Made by a program: the position numbers and the translations under genes. From IMG/VR virus record IMGVR_UViG_3300050343_000163: a DNA stretch of 64,000 bases. One strand, 5' to 3'. This document shows positions 52,613-63,439 of this stretch, piece after piece; within the stretch, counting starts at the first letter, position 1, and every line of letters starts with the position of its first letter. Source of the stretch: a virus. The notes under the pieces were generated by a model. It ran no database searches, had not been told where the DNA came from, and saw only the letters and a list, made by a program, of their open reading frames with translations.

Positions 52613-53750
52613 CTACCAAGTATCCCCAGAAAACAGATTCGCCACCACCTTTAAATTTAATAGTAGAATAGTTTCCATTGCGGTACATACAAACTGTATC
52701 GCCAGCAGCTAATTGCAATAGGTGAGTGGGATTATATGAATTATACATCGAATTGAAATTAGCATCAGTTCTAGTTCCACCTTCACTTTCAACCAATGTT
52801 GTAGAACCATTTACTATGAAAGTAATATACATCCAATTAGATCCACTTGTAAGATAACCGCTACTAATTCCATTAGGAGCTTCTAATTGTAATTCTGCTC
52901 CGAACAGATACGTACCAGCAACTGGTGCTGTGAATTCACTAGTAGAAGTATTAAAATTACCACCCCTATCCATATTTTCTTCGTCAAAAGGAATTTTTGT
53001 CCAACCGTCTGTCGCTACATTCCAAGTGGTTTCATTAACAGAATACCTAACAATAAATGCTGGTTGCCTTGGTTTTGTTACTTCGCCAGCAGTATCTATA
53101 CGAAGTGCTTCACCTGTAGCTACCTTAAATGATAGCGCAGAAGCGTTAGTTCCATCATTAATGCTAGGATTAAGTATTGCAGACCAGTTATTACCAGTAC
53201 CATTATAAAATCTTATTGAATAATCTGTTCTATGACTAAATGATAGTTGTCCATCAAATAAATCCAATTCAGTTCTAGGACTAGCACTACTTCCAATGCC
53301 AACATCACCAGTAAACATGGCATTGCCAGTGTTAGAAAATAATTTTATCTTAGGACTAGTAAAAGCACCAGTAGAATCAAGTTCTATATGACCAGCAGAT
53401 TTAACATTTGTATCAATTTCACCAGCAGCATTAATAGCAAAGGCTCCAGAAGCAAAACTGGCGGTGCCATCTGGTCCTAATTGAATTGCAGTGGATGCGT
53501 TGTCACCAGTAAGTCTGACTCTTAAGTAACTACTGTCTTGAATAGACATGTCAGCACCAAACTTAGCAGTGCTACCAGTCCAAACTAGATTATTATTACC
53601 ATCAATCTCTAACTTATTACTACCCTCAATCAATCTATCAGTAGGAGTAACACCCAGTCCAATCCACTTAGCTCCATCCCATTTGTATGTGATAGACCCT
53701 GCAGTAAAAGTATCATTTGTACTGGGACTAGTGGGAAAATTGATTGCCAT
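52608..53750 (-). CDS. Fibre protein with C-terminal C1q-like domain, 380 aa
   Basis: MAINFPTSP..YKWDGAKW anchor; QPAF...IPFD...FNTSTSEFTAPVAGTYLF...LAAGDTV...FWGYLV. Confidence 0.85.
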   Translation of the reverse strand: MAINFPTSPSTNDTFTAGSITYKWDGAKWIGLGVTPTDRLIEGSNKLEIDGNNNLVWTGSTAKFGADMSIQDSSYLRVRLTGDNASTAIQLGPDGTASFASGAFAINAAGEIDTNVKSAGHIELDSTGAFTSPKIKLFSNTGNAMFTGDVGIGSSASPRTELDLFDGQLSFSHRTDYSIRFYNGTGNNWSAILNPSINDGTNASALSFKVATGEALRIDTAGEVTKPRQPAFIVRYSVNETTWNVATDGWTKIPFDEENMDRGGNFNTSTSEFTAPVAGTYLFGAELQLEAPNGISSGYLTSGSNWMYITFIVNGSTTLVESEGGTRTDANFNSMYNSYNPTHLLQLAAGDTVCMYRNGNYSTIKFKGGGESVFWGYLVG

Positions 53751-53792
53751 TTGAGTTTAGATTAGAGATACCCTGATGTATTTATGATGTGC

Positions 53793-55046
53793 TTAGAGTT
53801 CTGATTCAAAGTAAAGGTATCCTGAAGTATTGCTCACATTTTTAATATTTACTCTATATCCATTTCCATTTGCGGTTGAAACTGCTGTAATTGATAAAGA
53901 TAAATGAGTTCCCTGAGGATATCCTCCATACGAAACAATATTCGCAGATCCCCCTAGCTCGTTCAAAGTATTTGGGTATAATCTATCTGTGACATCGGAA
54001 ACAGTTCCTCCATCCTGAACGTTTATGAATTTATTATAAATTTGCGGATAATTTCTCATTGCTACTGGACAAGCGATACTAGAAAATACTCTATTGCTAC
54101 TACCACCATGACCCCAACTAAAAATGTTCCAATTACCATTTTGGGGAGATGTTAAACTCCAAAAATATCTCTGACACAATGCAAGTTCATCATTATAAAA
54201 ACGATGCTCGAATTCAGTGGCATTTTTTCCTACTTCTAGCTGAACTCCAGTGATAAAATACCGATTACTAGTAGAACTCACAAAATTAACTTGATTTCCT
54301 GTTGTTAGTTCATCACTACTTACCCACTGACCGTCAATACCATCATCAAATTGAGTGCCACTTGCTAAACAAAATCTTACTCTAATTCCAATAGAGTTTG
54401 TTCTTTCCCAAGTTCCATCAGTACATCCAGGAAAGGTTAATGATACTTTCTGCCATTTAAATCCTGGATCAACCGTATATTCTCTTATGCAGGTTTTATT
54501 TACTGCATTATTTTCTAAACCAACACAATATGTTCCAGTTACATTGGATCTTACCCAAAAAGATAGAGTAACTGGTTTTGCTTTTTCAGTTCCCCATCCA
54601 AGATGGGCTGTATTGTATGCCTCAATGTTCTGAAAGAAATGAAGATTTTCAGTTGAGGATAAAGAACTATTATCAGAAGTTACGGCAAATTGAAATGCCT
54701 TTGAAAATTCTCTTACATCACTGCTAAAAGCATTACTACTAGTTGGATCTCCATCTATGTTTACACTTATAGTAGCACCAGTTGCTTCGTTGACCGCCCA
54801 ACGATCTGGTCCACCATAGCTACCACCAGTTGCATTTGGAATTACATATGAACTGGTGCCATTTCTTTGATTAATAGTCATGGCACCATTGATGATCATA
54901 TTTTTACGACCAGCACTTACAAGGTCTCTTGCCTCTTGTACTGTCACAGCACGCATCAACTCACGACCTTTCAGACCAATATTGTTAGTGAGTTCTTTTA
55001 ACTTTTCCCTGATATTAAAAGCAGGTTTGTTTACTCTAACTGTCAT
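53793..55046 (-). CDS. Fibre/receptor-binding protein, 417 aa
   Basis: GRKNMIINGAM.INQR...DRW...ITGVQLEVG..ATEFEHR...ELALCQRYF fibre domain. Confidence 0.8.
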   Translation of the reverse strand: MTVRVNKPAFNIREKLKELTNNIGLKGRELMRAVTVQEARDLVSAGRKNMIINGAMTINQRNGTSSYVIPNATGGSYGGPDRWAVNEATGATISVNIDGDPTSSNAFSSDVREFSKAFQFAVTSDNSSLSSTENLHFFQNIEAYNTAHLGWGTEKAKPVTLSFWVRSNVTGTYCVGLENNAVNKTCIREYTVDPGFKWQKVSLTFPGCTDGTWERTNSIGIRVRFCLASGTQFDDGIDGQWVSSDELTTGNQVNFVSSTSNRYFITGVQLEVGKNATEFEHRFYNDELALCQRYFWSLTSPQNGNWNIFSWGHGGSSNRVFSSIACPVAMRNYPQIYNKFINVQDGGTVSDVTDRLYPNTLNELGGSANIVSYGGYPQGTHLSLSITAVSTANGNGYRVNIKNVSNTSGYLYFESEL

Positions 55047-55047
55047 A

Positions 55048-57411
55048 TTACTGCTCTGTGATGAGTGAATCGTGTGCTGAAATCTCAGTCGTAACTGGAT
55101 CTGTTGTATTATTTATTCTACGTAGTCCCTGAAAATCAGAACGACCATCAGAAGTTCCTACGTGTAGAAGTTCAGTGGTATCATCATAAGCAAGAGCAGT
55201 CACGGCATCAGAAGAACCATATAAGGTTGCCTTAGCATTCTCTTGGAACAGAAGCTTCTCGTCCTCATACATCTTCTTGACTTGTTCTGCTGTTGGTGCT
55301 GATTTAGATATCCTAAACAGTGCTAAAGATGTAGTAGTTAGTGGTCTGCTTGTATTCGGTCTTTCGCCAATCCAAGTTTTTGCTGATGTATTACTTACAT
55401 CTCTAGTGGATGTTGTTGAGGACATAAGTTCACCATTAAAATATACTCCAAAGAAAGATCCATGTCTAACTAAAGAGTAATGACTCCACTGACCATTTGC
55501 TGCAGTTGCAATGGGAATATTAACATTATCAGTAGAACTAAATGCAGATTCTGCAAGGTATGCTGCTAGATTACTACCATTATATTCAATCTGAATAAGT
55601 TTTCCACTACCCCAAGTTCCAGTTCCACCATCTCCTCTATGTAAAATACATTCTATTGGTGTTGATCCATTAGGAGTTTTAAACCAGAATGTAATATTTA
55701 AATCACCAGTTCCAAAATCTAAATCAGAATTATAAGGTTGTTGTAGATAATTACTAGCACTAAACCCACTATAAGCAACCAACTCTGCACCAGTAGCAAC
55801 AGCACTCTTGGTGATTGTTCCAAAAACAGAAAGACCTTTGCCATTTGTTGAACGATCTTTTTCTAATGTTACCGAAATTTGATCATAGGCACTGGTCCCT
55901 CCAGATGTGCTCTTTGAAAACACAAGGATAAAAGTAGTGGTTGCTGTTGCAGTAAAAGTAGCAAAGATTGTTTTACCATCAGCATCAGATCCTAAGTCTC
56001 TCCAACCACTAGCATTCACACCTACACCTTTTAATAAACCAGCAGAACTATTTGTAGAATCGTTTTTAACCACTAATCTACCATCAGCAGTTCCTTGATC
56101 ATACTTGAGTGAAATTTTATATGTCTTACCAATTTCTGTTGTAATCGATGTATGTGCATATCCCCAACTTGCACCACTATTCGGAGCAGTTATCAGTAGT
56201 CTATTGGAATCTAAAGTTGCTGTGCCAATTGCGGCAATCCAATCATTTACATTACTATCAAAATATCCATTTGTAACAAGTTCAGTGGCATTAGTAGTAT
56301 CAGTATCAGACAGGAAAGCACCTTTGATGTCTCCGTGTTGGTATCCAGTGTTGTAGTCTGATGCGACAAAGGCAACCATTCCATTATTTTGTGATTCGTA
56401 GTCTTCAACAAAAAGACTTAAACCATTTACATTTCCAACAACACCTCCATCATTATTAGATACTATACTTGTGATATCTTCATTAGTGTCATCATTATAT
56501 AGAGCATTAAAGTTTGGTCTCATATTTGCAAAAGATCCACTCGTAGCATATGAGAAGTATGTTGCATCTGCACCCTCTTCATATACATTATTTGAAATAT
56601 CAGAAGATGGTATTACATATCTGTTAAACTGATATACATCAGTAACAGAACTAGAAGCTTGTGCTGCAAAATATAATCTTCCTGATTTATCAAAATGAAT
56701 TAGATCAACATCATTAACTGCCTTTGATGAAGTAATATCAACAACAGTCCCATCATCTTTAATCACACTCACACCACCATCAGTCGCAACGGCAATAGTA
56801 GGAACAGGAAGTTCAGTGGCACTATCAATCGGGGCATTAGGTAGCACGGTCATTGCTACATCATTACAATTTGCATTTATAATGTAGTTTGTGCTGTTAC
56901 TTGAACTCAAACCTTTACCAGAATTTCTTTCACCAATTCCACCAAGATATTCTCTATCAGCACTATTTGTTATTCTGTGTGATGTATCAGAAATAAATTT
57001 AATTAAATATAATGCCTCATTTCCTGTTGTAAGTGATAATATTCCATTTAGAGAACTAATTGCACTATTTGTTCCTGATGTTGTTCCAATTAGATTATTA
57101 CTTGTCACATATGAACCACCTTGATTAAACACCATCCACATAGGCATATCAGGGTCATCACCATCATAAATGGTTACCTTAGTTGTCTCCGCAACAATAA
57201 CAGCAACGGCAGGAAACTCTTTCCTACTACCTCTAGTTGCTGTATTCAGTGTTTCATTATACCAAGAAGTATTCTGGGTTCTCTTTCTCCAAGCACCACC
57301 ATCACTATCCTTCGCGGTGTCGTAAACAAAGACATCTACTGCAGTATCTGATATTGATGCTGATATTGTACTCAGATCATTTTCTCCTACTAAAGTACCG
57401 AAAATTGCCAT
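55048..57411 (-). CDS. Virion structural protein with carbohydrate-binding and LamG-like domains, 787 aa
   Basis: ELVTNGYFDS CBM-like segment; DFGTGDLNITFWFK...WSHYSLVRHG..YFNGEL LamG pattern. Confidence 0.75.
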   Translation of the reverse strand: MAIFGTLVGENDLSTISASISDTAVDVFVYDTAKDSDGGAWRKRTQNTSWYNETLNTATRGSRKEFPAVAVIVAETTKVTIYDGDDPDMPMWMVFNQGGSYVTSNNLIGTTSGTNSAISSLNGILSLTTGNEALYLIKFISDTSHRITNSADREYLGGIGERNSGKGLSSSNSTNYIINANCNDVAMTVLPNAPIDSATELPVPTIAVATDGGVSVIKDDGTVVDITSSKAVNDVDLIHFDKSGRLYFAAQASSSVTDVYQFNRYVIPSSDISNNVYEEGADATYFSYATSGSFANMRPNFNALYNDDTNEDITSIVSNNDGGVVGNVNGLSLFVEDYESQNNGMVAFVASDYNTGYQHGDIKGAFLSDTDTTNATELVTNGYFDSNVNDWIAAIGTATLDSNRLLITAPNSGASWGYAHTSITTEIGKTYKISLKYDQGTADGRLVVKNDSTNSSAGLLKGVGVNASGWRDLGSDADGKTIFATFTATATTTFILVFSKSTSGGTSAYDQISVTLEKDRSTNGKGLSVFGTITKSAVATGAELVAYSGFSASNYLQQPYNSDLDFGTGDLNITFWFKTPNGSTPIECILHRGDGGTGTWGSGKLIQIEYNGSNLAAYLAESAFSSTDNVNIPIATAANGQWSHYSLVRHGSFFGVYFNGELMSSTTSTRDVSNTSAKTWIGERPNTSRPLTTTSLALFRISKSAPTAEQVKKMYEDEKLLFQENAKATLYGSSDAVTALAYDDTTELLHVGTSDGRSDFQGLRRINNTTDPVTTEISAHDSLITEQ

Positions 57412-57414
57412 GTC

Positions 57415-60400
57415 TTATGCTACCTCTGTAAGATTGAACTTGTAGGTTTTACCGTTCCTTCTATTTATCAGGAACAAGTCTTCCTCACCCTCTTGAATTG
57501 TATACTGACCCCAAGTTCCATCTACTTCATTAGCAGCACCCTCGTTAGATAGTTGAAGGTCAGCAGAGTAGATGTTCGCCCAACGCTTAGTTGCTGAACC
57601 AAGATCACTGGTAGCATCAGTAGCTGGTGTAATATTTCCTTCAATAACTAAATTAGTTGGGAGTCCATATGGATTAGTGTCAACCCATTGAGAACTAGAT
57701 CCATCATTATAATAGATAAAGAGGCGACCATCATCAGTATCATACCAAAGGTCCCCTTCACTTTGAGTTGCTGGTGGTCCACTGGATACTGCTGCTGATC
57801 CACCAAGAGCACTCCAAGATTGATTAGGAGAAGCACCAGAATATCCCTCAAATTTATTTGTCTCAGTATTATATCTCAGCATACCAACAAGTGCTGCAGT
57901 ATTTCCAGTCTCTCCAGCACGATTTGCAGTTGCACCAACTGGTAGCTTAACCTCACCTGTTCCAGTAAAGTTGAATGATGTTGCACCAGCACCAGTAGTT
58001 GCACTACCTAAAGTATATCCAGCAGTTCCACCAGCAACATCAATCTGTCCTGCTGCTGCTCCAGCATTAGGTCCGATGGTTGATGTATTTGGATCTGCAA
58101 TTTTAATTGCATTCAGTGAGAAATACTTTCCAGAAGCAAGATCAAAGTGTTCAGAAGAAACCCAAGTGTTATATGTGACACCAGCGTCTGCTCCCTTCCA
58201 GAGAATCGACTTGTCAGTGGTGCCTTTAACGATCATACCACCGTCAACAGCTGCAGCATCAGAAGGACCAATGGCAGTTAATGTAATCTGTCCACTACCA
58301 GTGATGTTGTTAGAAAGAACAGCAGCGTTAGCAGTGATAGAAACAATTGTTGTGTTTGGCGGAACTGTAAATCCATTTGTAGAAGTTGTAACTTCCATGC
58401 CAGGAATCAAACCTGCAGTGGGGTTGATTGCAGTAATGTTTGCAGTGCCAGTAACAGCAGTAGCTACAAACTGTCTACTTACAACGTATGCAAGTTCAAT
58501 ATTTTTATCAGCAATTCTTACAATATTAGATTGAGTAATTGTCTGTTGTCCTAGAACATTCAAATTACCTTTAACTGTTAGATCAACGTCAACAGTAACA
58601 TCATTATTGAAAGTAACATCAAAGTTTGAATCACCTCTGACCCATGCTTGACCACCTGAACCAATAACAAGTTGGTTGTCTCCACTAATATTAGGTGGAC
58701 GGAATGTTACATCACCAGAGTTTTCATTGTATGCAGGACCAATAAGAACGTTACCGTCACCAAAAACATCGAAACCAGCATAGTGTCCAATACAGACGTT
58801 GTGATTTCCATCAACGTTTTGCTCTAATACATTGTTACCAATACCTATGTTCTTACTTCCAGCAGTATTGACCAGTAGTACATCTTTACCCAGTCCAATA
58901 TTGTTTGCGCCGATACCATTTGCTCTTAAAACCCTGTGTCCAAAAGCTGTATTGGATGCACCTGAATTTGTTGTGAATAATGTTTCATATCCATAACCAG
59001 TATTTTGAGATCCAGAAGTAACGCTGTTGAGTGTTCTTACACCCATTGCAGTGTTTGTATTGACAGCACTACCACCACGTCCAACTCTCATTGGATCAGT
59101 ACCAGTTCCTCTGATTAACAGGTCAGCATTTTCAGAGTTAAACTGTGCATTACATAAAAGATTATCAGTTGAAGCACCACCTACTGTCAGGTCTTCGTTT
59201 ACAGTTACACTTTGATTGAATGTTGTTGTACCACCAGCAGCACCAATTGTAATGATGCTAGCTGCACCTGCCATGGTTAGATTAGTTACACCAGAATTCA
59301 ATAAATTAAATCCAGGTGATGTTGTCGTAATACCAGTTAAGATTGTTGGGTTTGTTTGGAATACTAACTTATCAAGACCAGTAGTATCTGTAATCAAACC
59401 ACGTAACTGTGTGGATGTTGTTGATGCAAACGATGCTAAAGTATCTGATGTAAATGCAACGTTACCACCCTGTCTAAAGTTTACACTAATAGAAGAGGTA
59501 CTGTTATCAGATGTAAGAACAAGATCTCTATCAACATCCAGTGTTTTACTTGTAGCAATATCTAAAGTTGCAGATGCAGTAGAAGCAATCTCAAGTCCAT
59601 TGATCGATGTAGCTGTAGCTGCTCCAAGAATAGGTGCAGTTAATGTTGGTGCTGTAAGAGTTTTGTTAGTTAGAACTTGCGTCTCACCTTCAGTAACAAA
59701 TCTTTTCTCTACGGAACCATCCCACGATCTCCAGTATCCAGAAGACTCATTCCATTGTAGAGAAACATATGATGTAATGTTACCTGAAGAATCAGATGTC
59801 CTGTTAAGAGTGATACCACCATTAGCACCAGTAAGATTAACACCCTTTCTTAATTCAATATCATTATCTTCCACTTGTAAAGTAGAAGTGTTTAGAATTG
59901 TTTGAGTTCCCTCAACAACTAAGTCTCCATTAATTGTGACTGTAGATCCATTGTCAGTAATTAAAGTATCTGTTAACTGTAGGTTACCTGCATCCCATTT
60001 CATTACAGTGTTACCACTGAAATTACTATAGTTTTTAATTCTAAAATCTACTCCAGAAAGAATTACACCACCAGAAGCAGTTAGCGTAGCACCTGTATCG
60101 TCGTTAGCAGATGTGAATGTAAATGTAGTGACACCAGCAACTGTTTGTGAGCTAACACTAGTTGCTCCAGCACCTGAGAACTGGAAGTCACCAGAAGAAA
60201 CTACTCCGTTATTAGCACCTAGTTTGGTAATAGTATCTGTGTCTATACTTGCAACAGAGATAGTGTTACCAGCTTGTGATACTGTAACATTTGTACCACC
60301 AGTAATTGTTGTATCACCAGTTACGAATGATCCTGCGCCGCCACCCTTGAGTCTAGTGATAGTATCAGTAGAATCATATGTAATAGTAGGATCACCATTA

Positions 60401-61200
60401 CCATCAATACCTTGAGCTACTGTACTTGCACCAGTAGCTAAGAAAGTAAAATCTGCATCAGCAAATACCTGACCAGTAGTTGCTCTCAGTCTAGTGATAG
60501 TATCAACATAACTAGACGTAATTGTAATTGTTTTTGTTGCTGCGTCCTGAGAAATAATAGAGGATCCTGCAGCTGCAATAGTAATATCACCACTCTGTGC
60601 TGTACCACCAGTAGCAGATTGTAGTGTAGTTACAGTATTGTCATCTTCCTGATGACCAGAAATTGTGATAGCCTCACCACTTCTATCAAGGAATAAACTA
60701 AGTGCTTTGTTACCAGCGGGAACAGATGAAGGAACTCCAACTGCAAGAATAACATCATCATCAACACCTGCACCAGCGTTACCACCAGATGTTAATCTAA
60801 GAATTTTTTGAGAAGCACCAGAACCATCTTGAGCAGAGATAGCGTAGGTAGTATTGTTGTCTGGAGTAGTTACTGTTCCGCCTAGAGCAATAGCGGTTCC
60901 GTTTACAGTAATCTGTGAGTTAATTAATGAGTTGTTTGGTATGTTGGTTAATGTGTTGAGCGTACCAACAATAGTACAACCTTCAAATGATTTATTTGTG
61001 AGAGTTTGTGTTTGTGTAAGGTATACGTTACCTGGCGTTCCCCAGAAAACTGACGTTCCATCACTCGTCAGATATTTACTGTTACCAGTGTCTCCACTGA
61101 TAACAAAATTGTTACCTGTAAGGTCTAAATTATCTCCAGAAATCAGTTCTTCAATCTTTTGTGAAACTGGATTTACAATTAACGGAAAGCGGTCAGCCAT
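57415..61200 (-). CDS. Long tail-fibre-like structural protein, 1261 aa
   Basis: MADRFPLIVN, DTITRL repeats, NTAxG beta-repeats, C-terminal NIYSADLQLSNE..DGTWG.YTIQEGEEDLFLINRRNGK. Confidence 0.85.
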   Translation of the reverse strand: MADRFPLIVNPVSQKIEELISGDNLDLTGNNFVISGDTGNSKYLTSDGTSVFWGTPGNVYLTQTQTLTNKSFEGCTIVGTLNTLTNIPNNSLINSQITVNGTAIALGGTVTTPDNNTTYAISAQDGSGASQKILRLTSGGNAGAGVDDDVILAVGVPSSVPAGNKALSLFLDRSGEAITISGHQEDDNTVTTLQSATGGTAQSGDITIAAAGSSIISQDAATKTITITSSYVDTITRLRATTGQVFADADFTFLATGASTVAQGIDGNGDPTITYDSTDTITRLKGGGAGSFVTGDTTITGGTNVTVSQAGNTISVASIDTDTITKLGANNGVVSSGDFQFSGAGATSVSSQTVAGVTTFTFTSANDDTGATLTASGGVILSGVDFRIKNYSNFSGNTVMKWDAGNLQLTDTLITDNGSTVTINGDLVVEGTQTILNTSTLQVEDNDIELRKGVNLTGANGGITLNRTSDSSGNITSYVSLQWNESSGYWRSWDGSVEKRFVTEGETQVLTNKTLTAPTLTAPILGAATATSINGLEIASTASATLDIATSKTLDVDRDLVLTSDNSTSSISVNFRQGGNVAFTSDTLASFASTTSTQLRGLITDTTGLDKLVFQTNPTILTGITTTSPGFNLLNSGVTNLTMAGAASIITIGAAGGTTTFNQSVTVNEDLTVGGASTDNLLCNAQFNSENADLLIRGTGTDPMRVGRGGSAVNTNTAMGVRTLNSVTSGSQNTGYGYETLFTTNSGASNTAFGHRVLRANGIGANNIGLGKDVLLVNTAGSKNIGIGNNVLEQNVDGNHNVCIGHYAGFDVFGDGNVLIGPAYNENSGDVTFRPPNISGDNQLVIGSGGQAWVRGDSNFDVTFNNDVTVDVDLTVKGNLNVLGQQTITQSNIVRIADKNIELAYVVSRQFVATAVTGTANITAINPTAGLIPGMEVTTSTNGFTVPPNTTIVSITANAAVLSNNITGSGQITLTAIGPSDAAAVDGGMIVKGTTDKSILWKGADAGVTYNTWVSSEHFDLASGKYFSLNAIKIADPNTSTIGPNAGAAAGQIDVAGGTAGYTLGSATTGAGATSFNFTGTGEVKLPVGATANRAGETGNTAALVGMLRYNTETNKFEGYSGASPNQSWSALGGSAAVSSGPPATQSEGDLWYDTDDGRLFIYYNDGSSSQWVDTNPYGLPTNLVIEGNITPATDATSDLGSATKRWANIYSADLQLSNEGAANEVDGTWGQYTIQEGEEDLFLINRRNGKTYKFNLTEVA

Positions 61201-61248
61201 TTAACTACCAACAAATACTAGTGCTCAGGTTTATTTATGTATTATCCT

Positions 61249-63438
61249 TTAAGGTCCAACCGCAGGTTGGAATAAAGTGTTCCTACGTGGGTATGCTAAT
61301 GAGTTTTGATTTAGTTTTCTTCTACCCTTAAAATCATCAGCTACTCCAGCGATACCACCACCTGACCAGTCACCTGTGCCCTGCCACCTAGTAAATTTAT
61401 ACTCAATAGTATTATTTAATGTGCCTGCTGCACATGAATCATCAGCAAATGATCCTGGTGGTGGAGTAGAGAAATCATCTACCTGAATAATACCAAGCAT
61501 ACTAGCATGAACACTACATTGATAGTAGTAAGTTCCTGCAGCTGCAGGAGTCCAAGCAACAGTTGTTGTTCCCGTAGCTCCATTGTTAGGAATAGTAGGA
61601 TTGTTTACATCCGCTCCGCCAGGAGACTGTCTCACTTTGAATGGGTGAATACTACCAACTCCACTCAAATTAAAGTTAATTGTATCACCTACGAAAATCC
61701 TAACAGTAATATCGTTACCACTAATAGTTCCGTCTCTAGTTTGACCGTTAAGAGTATAGTAAGCAGAACTTGGTGCTGTAACAGTCACATCATATGTAAG
61801 AGCAATAGATCCACCCCCAATACCTGTGTCAAAAGTCATTAAGTTTTCTTGATGACCTCTTTCAATAACACCAAAAGCATCTTCTTGAGTAAATCTATTC
61901 TTTCCAGTAGCAGCACATGCGATGATACCAGCAACTTGTGGACTCGCCATGCTAGTACCACTAATAGGATACATCCAGTCGCCAGTTCCTTGACTATATT
62001 TTACATCAACTAATCCAATACCTGCATAGTCACCAGTAATTGTAGCAGGGTTTGGCCAGGAAGAAAGAATATTTTGTCCAGCAGCGAAGATATCTACACC
62101 AGTTCCATAGTTAGAAAAACTAGCTCTCCTCTGATTTGCATACTTACTTACTGCACCAACAGAAATAGCGTTGGGAGATGATGATGGAGATGAACCTCTA
62201 TTGTAATATAATTGACTACCACCATTCACTCCACTAATTCTGACATAGTTATTCCAATCTGCTTCACCATCACGAACAACATTAAAATTATCATTACCTG
62301 CAGCTGAAATAATGACAACTCCATCTTTAATAGCATCCTCAACGTCTGCATTGATTGAGGTGTAGTGTACAGGAAATTTTGTTTTATATTGTCCAATACC
62401 AAAATCAACTTCAATACCGTATATGTTCCAACCAGATGGTCCTGGATTAGATGAGTTATAAATCACACCTTGGTATTGGATTTCAATGATGTCAGCAATA
62501 CTAAAACCGTTTGGGAATGTTTCACTATTAGCAGAGATTCCATATCCCCAACTATGATTAGTGATAGTAGGTCTTCTAATTCCTAGGTTATCATCAATTG
62601 CTTTACCAGTATGAAATGCTCTGAGGTAATCAAAAATTAACAGTCCTGGTATAGATTGACCCGAAGGCATTGTTCCAAGAACTTGTAGACCATATATGTT
62701 TGCTGCTGACGCCCACCCATAGTTACCACCAGCTACTGTTCCAGCAACGTGTGTACCGTGTTCAACAGTATTTGTTCCATTAGTGTAATAAGTTACAGAT
62801 CCAGTAGGTAATGTCTGTCCGTCATCATCAATAGATCCTACTGCAGCATTAAGATTATTAAACCATTGATATTCTACAAATCTATTTGTAGTTCCTGCTC
62901 CTTGTAGTGGTTGTCTATTAACTCTATTCAACCACTCACCACAATCACTAGACACGGGATCATCACAGATAACTACATCAACTTCAGAACCATCATTGTG
63001 CCAGATAACATCATCTCCAATTTTTTCTGTCGCACCTGCTCCAAAATTATTCTTATCTCTATTAGGAAATCCAATACTGTATACACCAGCATGATGATAT
63101 AGTCCCCAGTTGGTATCTACAGATGGATCAATTGTAACAGGTGCAATAGTATCATCTTTCCAATATTGACCTGTTAATTGAATAGTAGAATGATTTAAAC
63201 TAGTGGGATATGAATGGCGAACCATCTCGTATCCAGCATCCTCAGGATTTAATTCTACATCCCACACTCTAGGATCTTGTTTTAATTCTTCTGCTTGTTC
63301 GGAAGTCATCCAATAATGAGTGCATCTACTCATTGGACGCTTCATGTTTAGACGAAAACCATTCTCTACCATCTCTGAATAGAAAGCTTCTAAGTCTTCT
63401 CTCTTATGAAGAGTGACGATGTAGATTTTTTCCGACAT
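61249..63438 (-). CDS. S8 subtilisin-like serine protease with inserted cupredoxin-like domain, 729 aa
   Basis: VVICDD, HGTHVAGT, AAGND, GTSMASPQVAG; HPF...YYYQCSVHASM. Confidence 0.9.
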   Translation of the reverse strand: MSEKIYIVTLHKREDLEAFYSEMVENGFRLNMKRPMSRCTHYWMTSEQAEELKQDPRVWDVELNPEDAGYEMVRHSYPTSLNHSTIQLTGQYWKDDTIAPVTIDPSVDTNWGLYHHAGVYSIGFPNRDKNNFGAGATEKIGDDVIWHNDGSEVDVVICDDPVSSDCGEWLNRVNRQPLQGAGTTNRFVEYQWFNNLNAAVGSIDDDGQTLPTGSVTYYTNGTNTVEHGTHVAGTVAGGNYGWASAANIYGLQVLGTMPSGQSIPGLLIFDYLRAFHTGKAIDDNLGIRRPTITNHSWGYGISANSETFPNGFSIADIIEIQYQGVIYNSSNPGPSGWNIYGIEVDFGIGQYKTKFPVHYTSINADVEDAIKDGVVIISAAGNDNFNVVRDGEADWNNYVRISGVNGGSQLYYNRGSSPSSSPNAISVGAVSKYANQRRASFSNYGTGVDIFAAGQNILSSWPNPATITGDYAGIGLVDVKYSQGTGDWMYPISGTSMASPQVAGIIACAATGKNRFTQEDAFGVIERGHQENLMTFDTGIGGGSIALTYDVTVTAPSSAYYTLNGQTRDGTISGNDITVRIFVGDTINFNLSGVGSIHPFKVRQSPGGADVNNPTIPNNGATGTTTVAWTPAAAGTYYYQCSVHASMLGIIQVDDFSTPPPGSFADDSCAAGTLNNTIEYKFTRWQGTGDWSGGGIAGVADDFKGRRKLNQNSLAYPRRNTLFQPAVGP

Positions 63439-63439
63439 A

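Noticed and set aside
57971-60415. Long plus-strand ORFs (187, 229, 100 aa) antisense to the long fibre gene
   Set aside because: Shadow frames produced by codon bias of the Gly/Thr/Ala-rich sense gene; no SD or promoter; same for many plus-strand ORFs over 3399-17678 and 52162-52593
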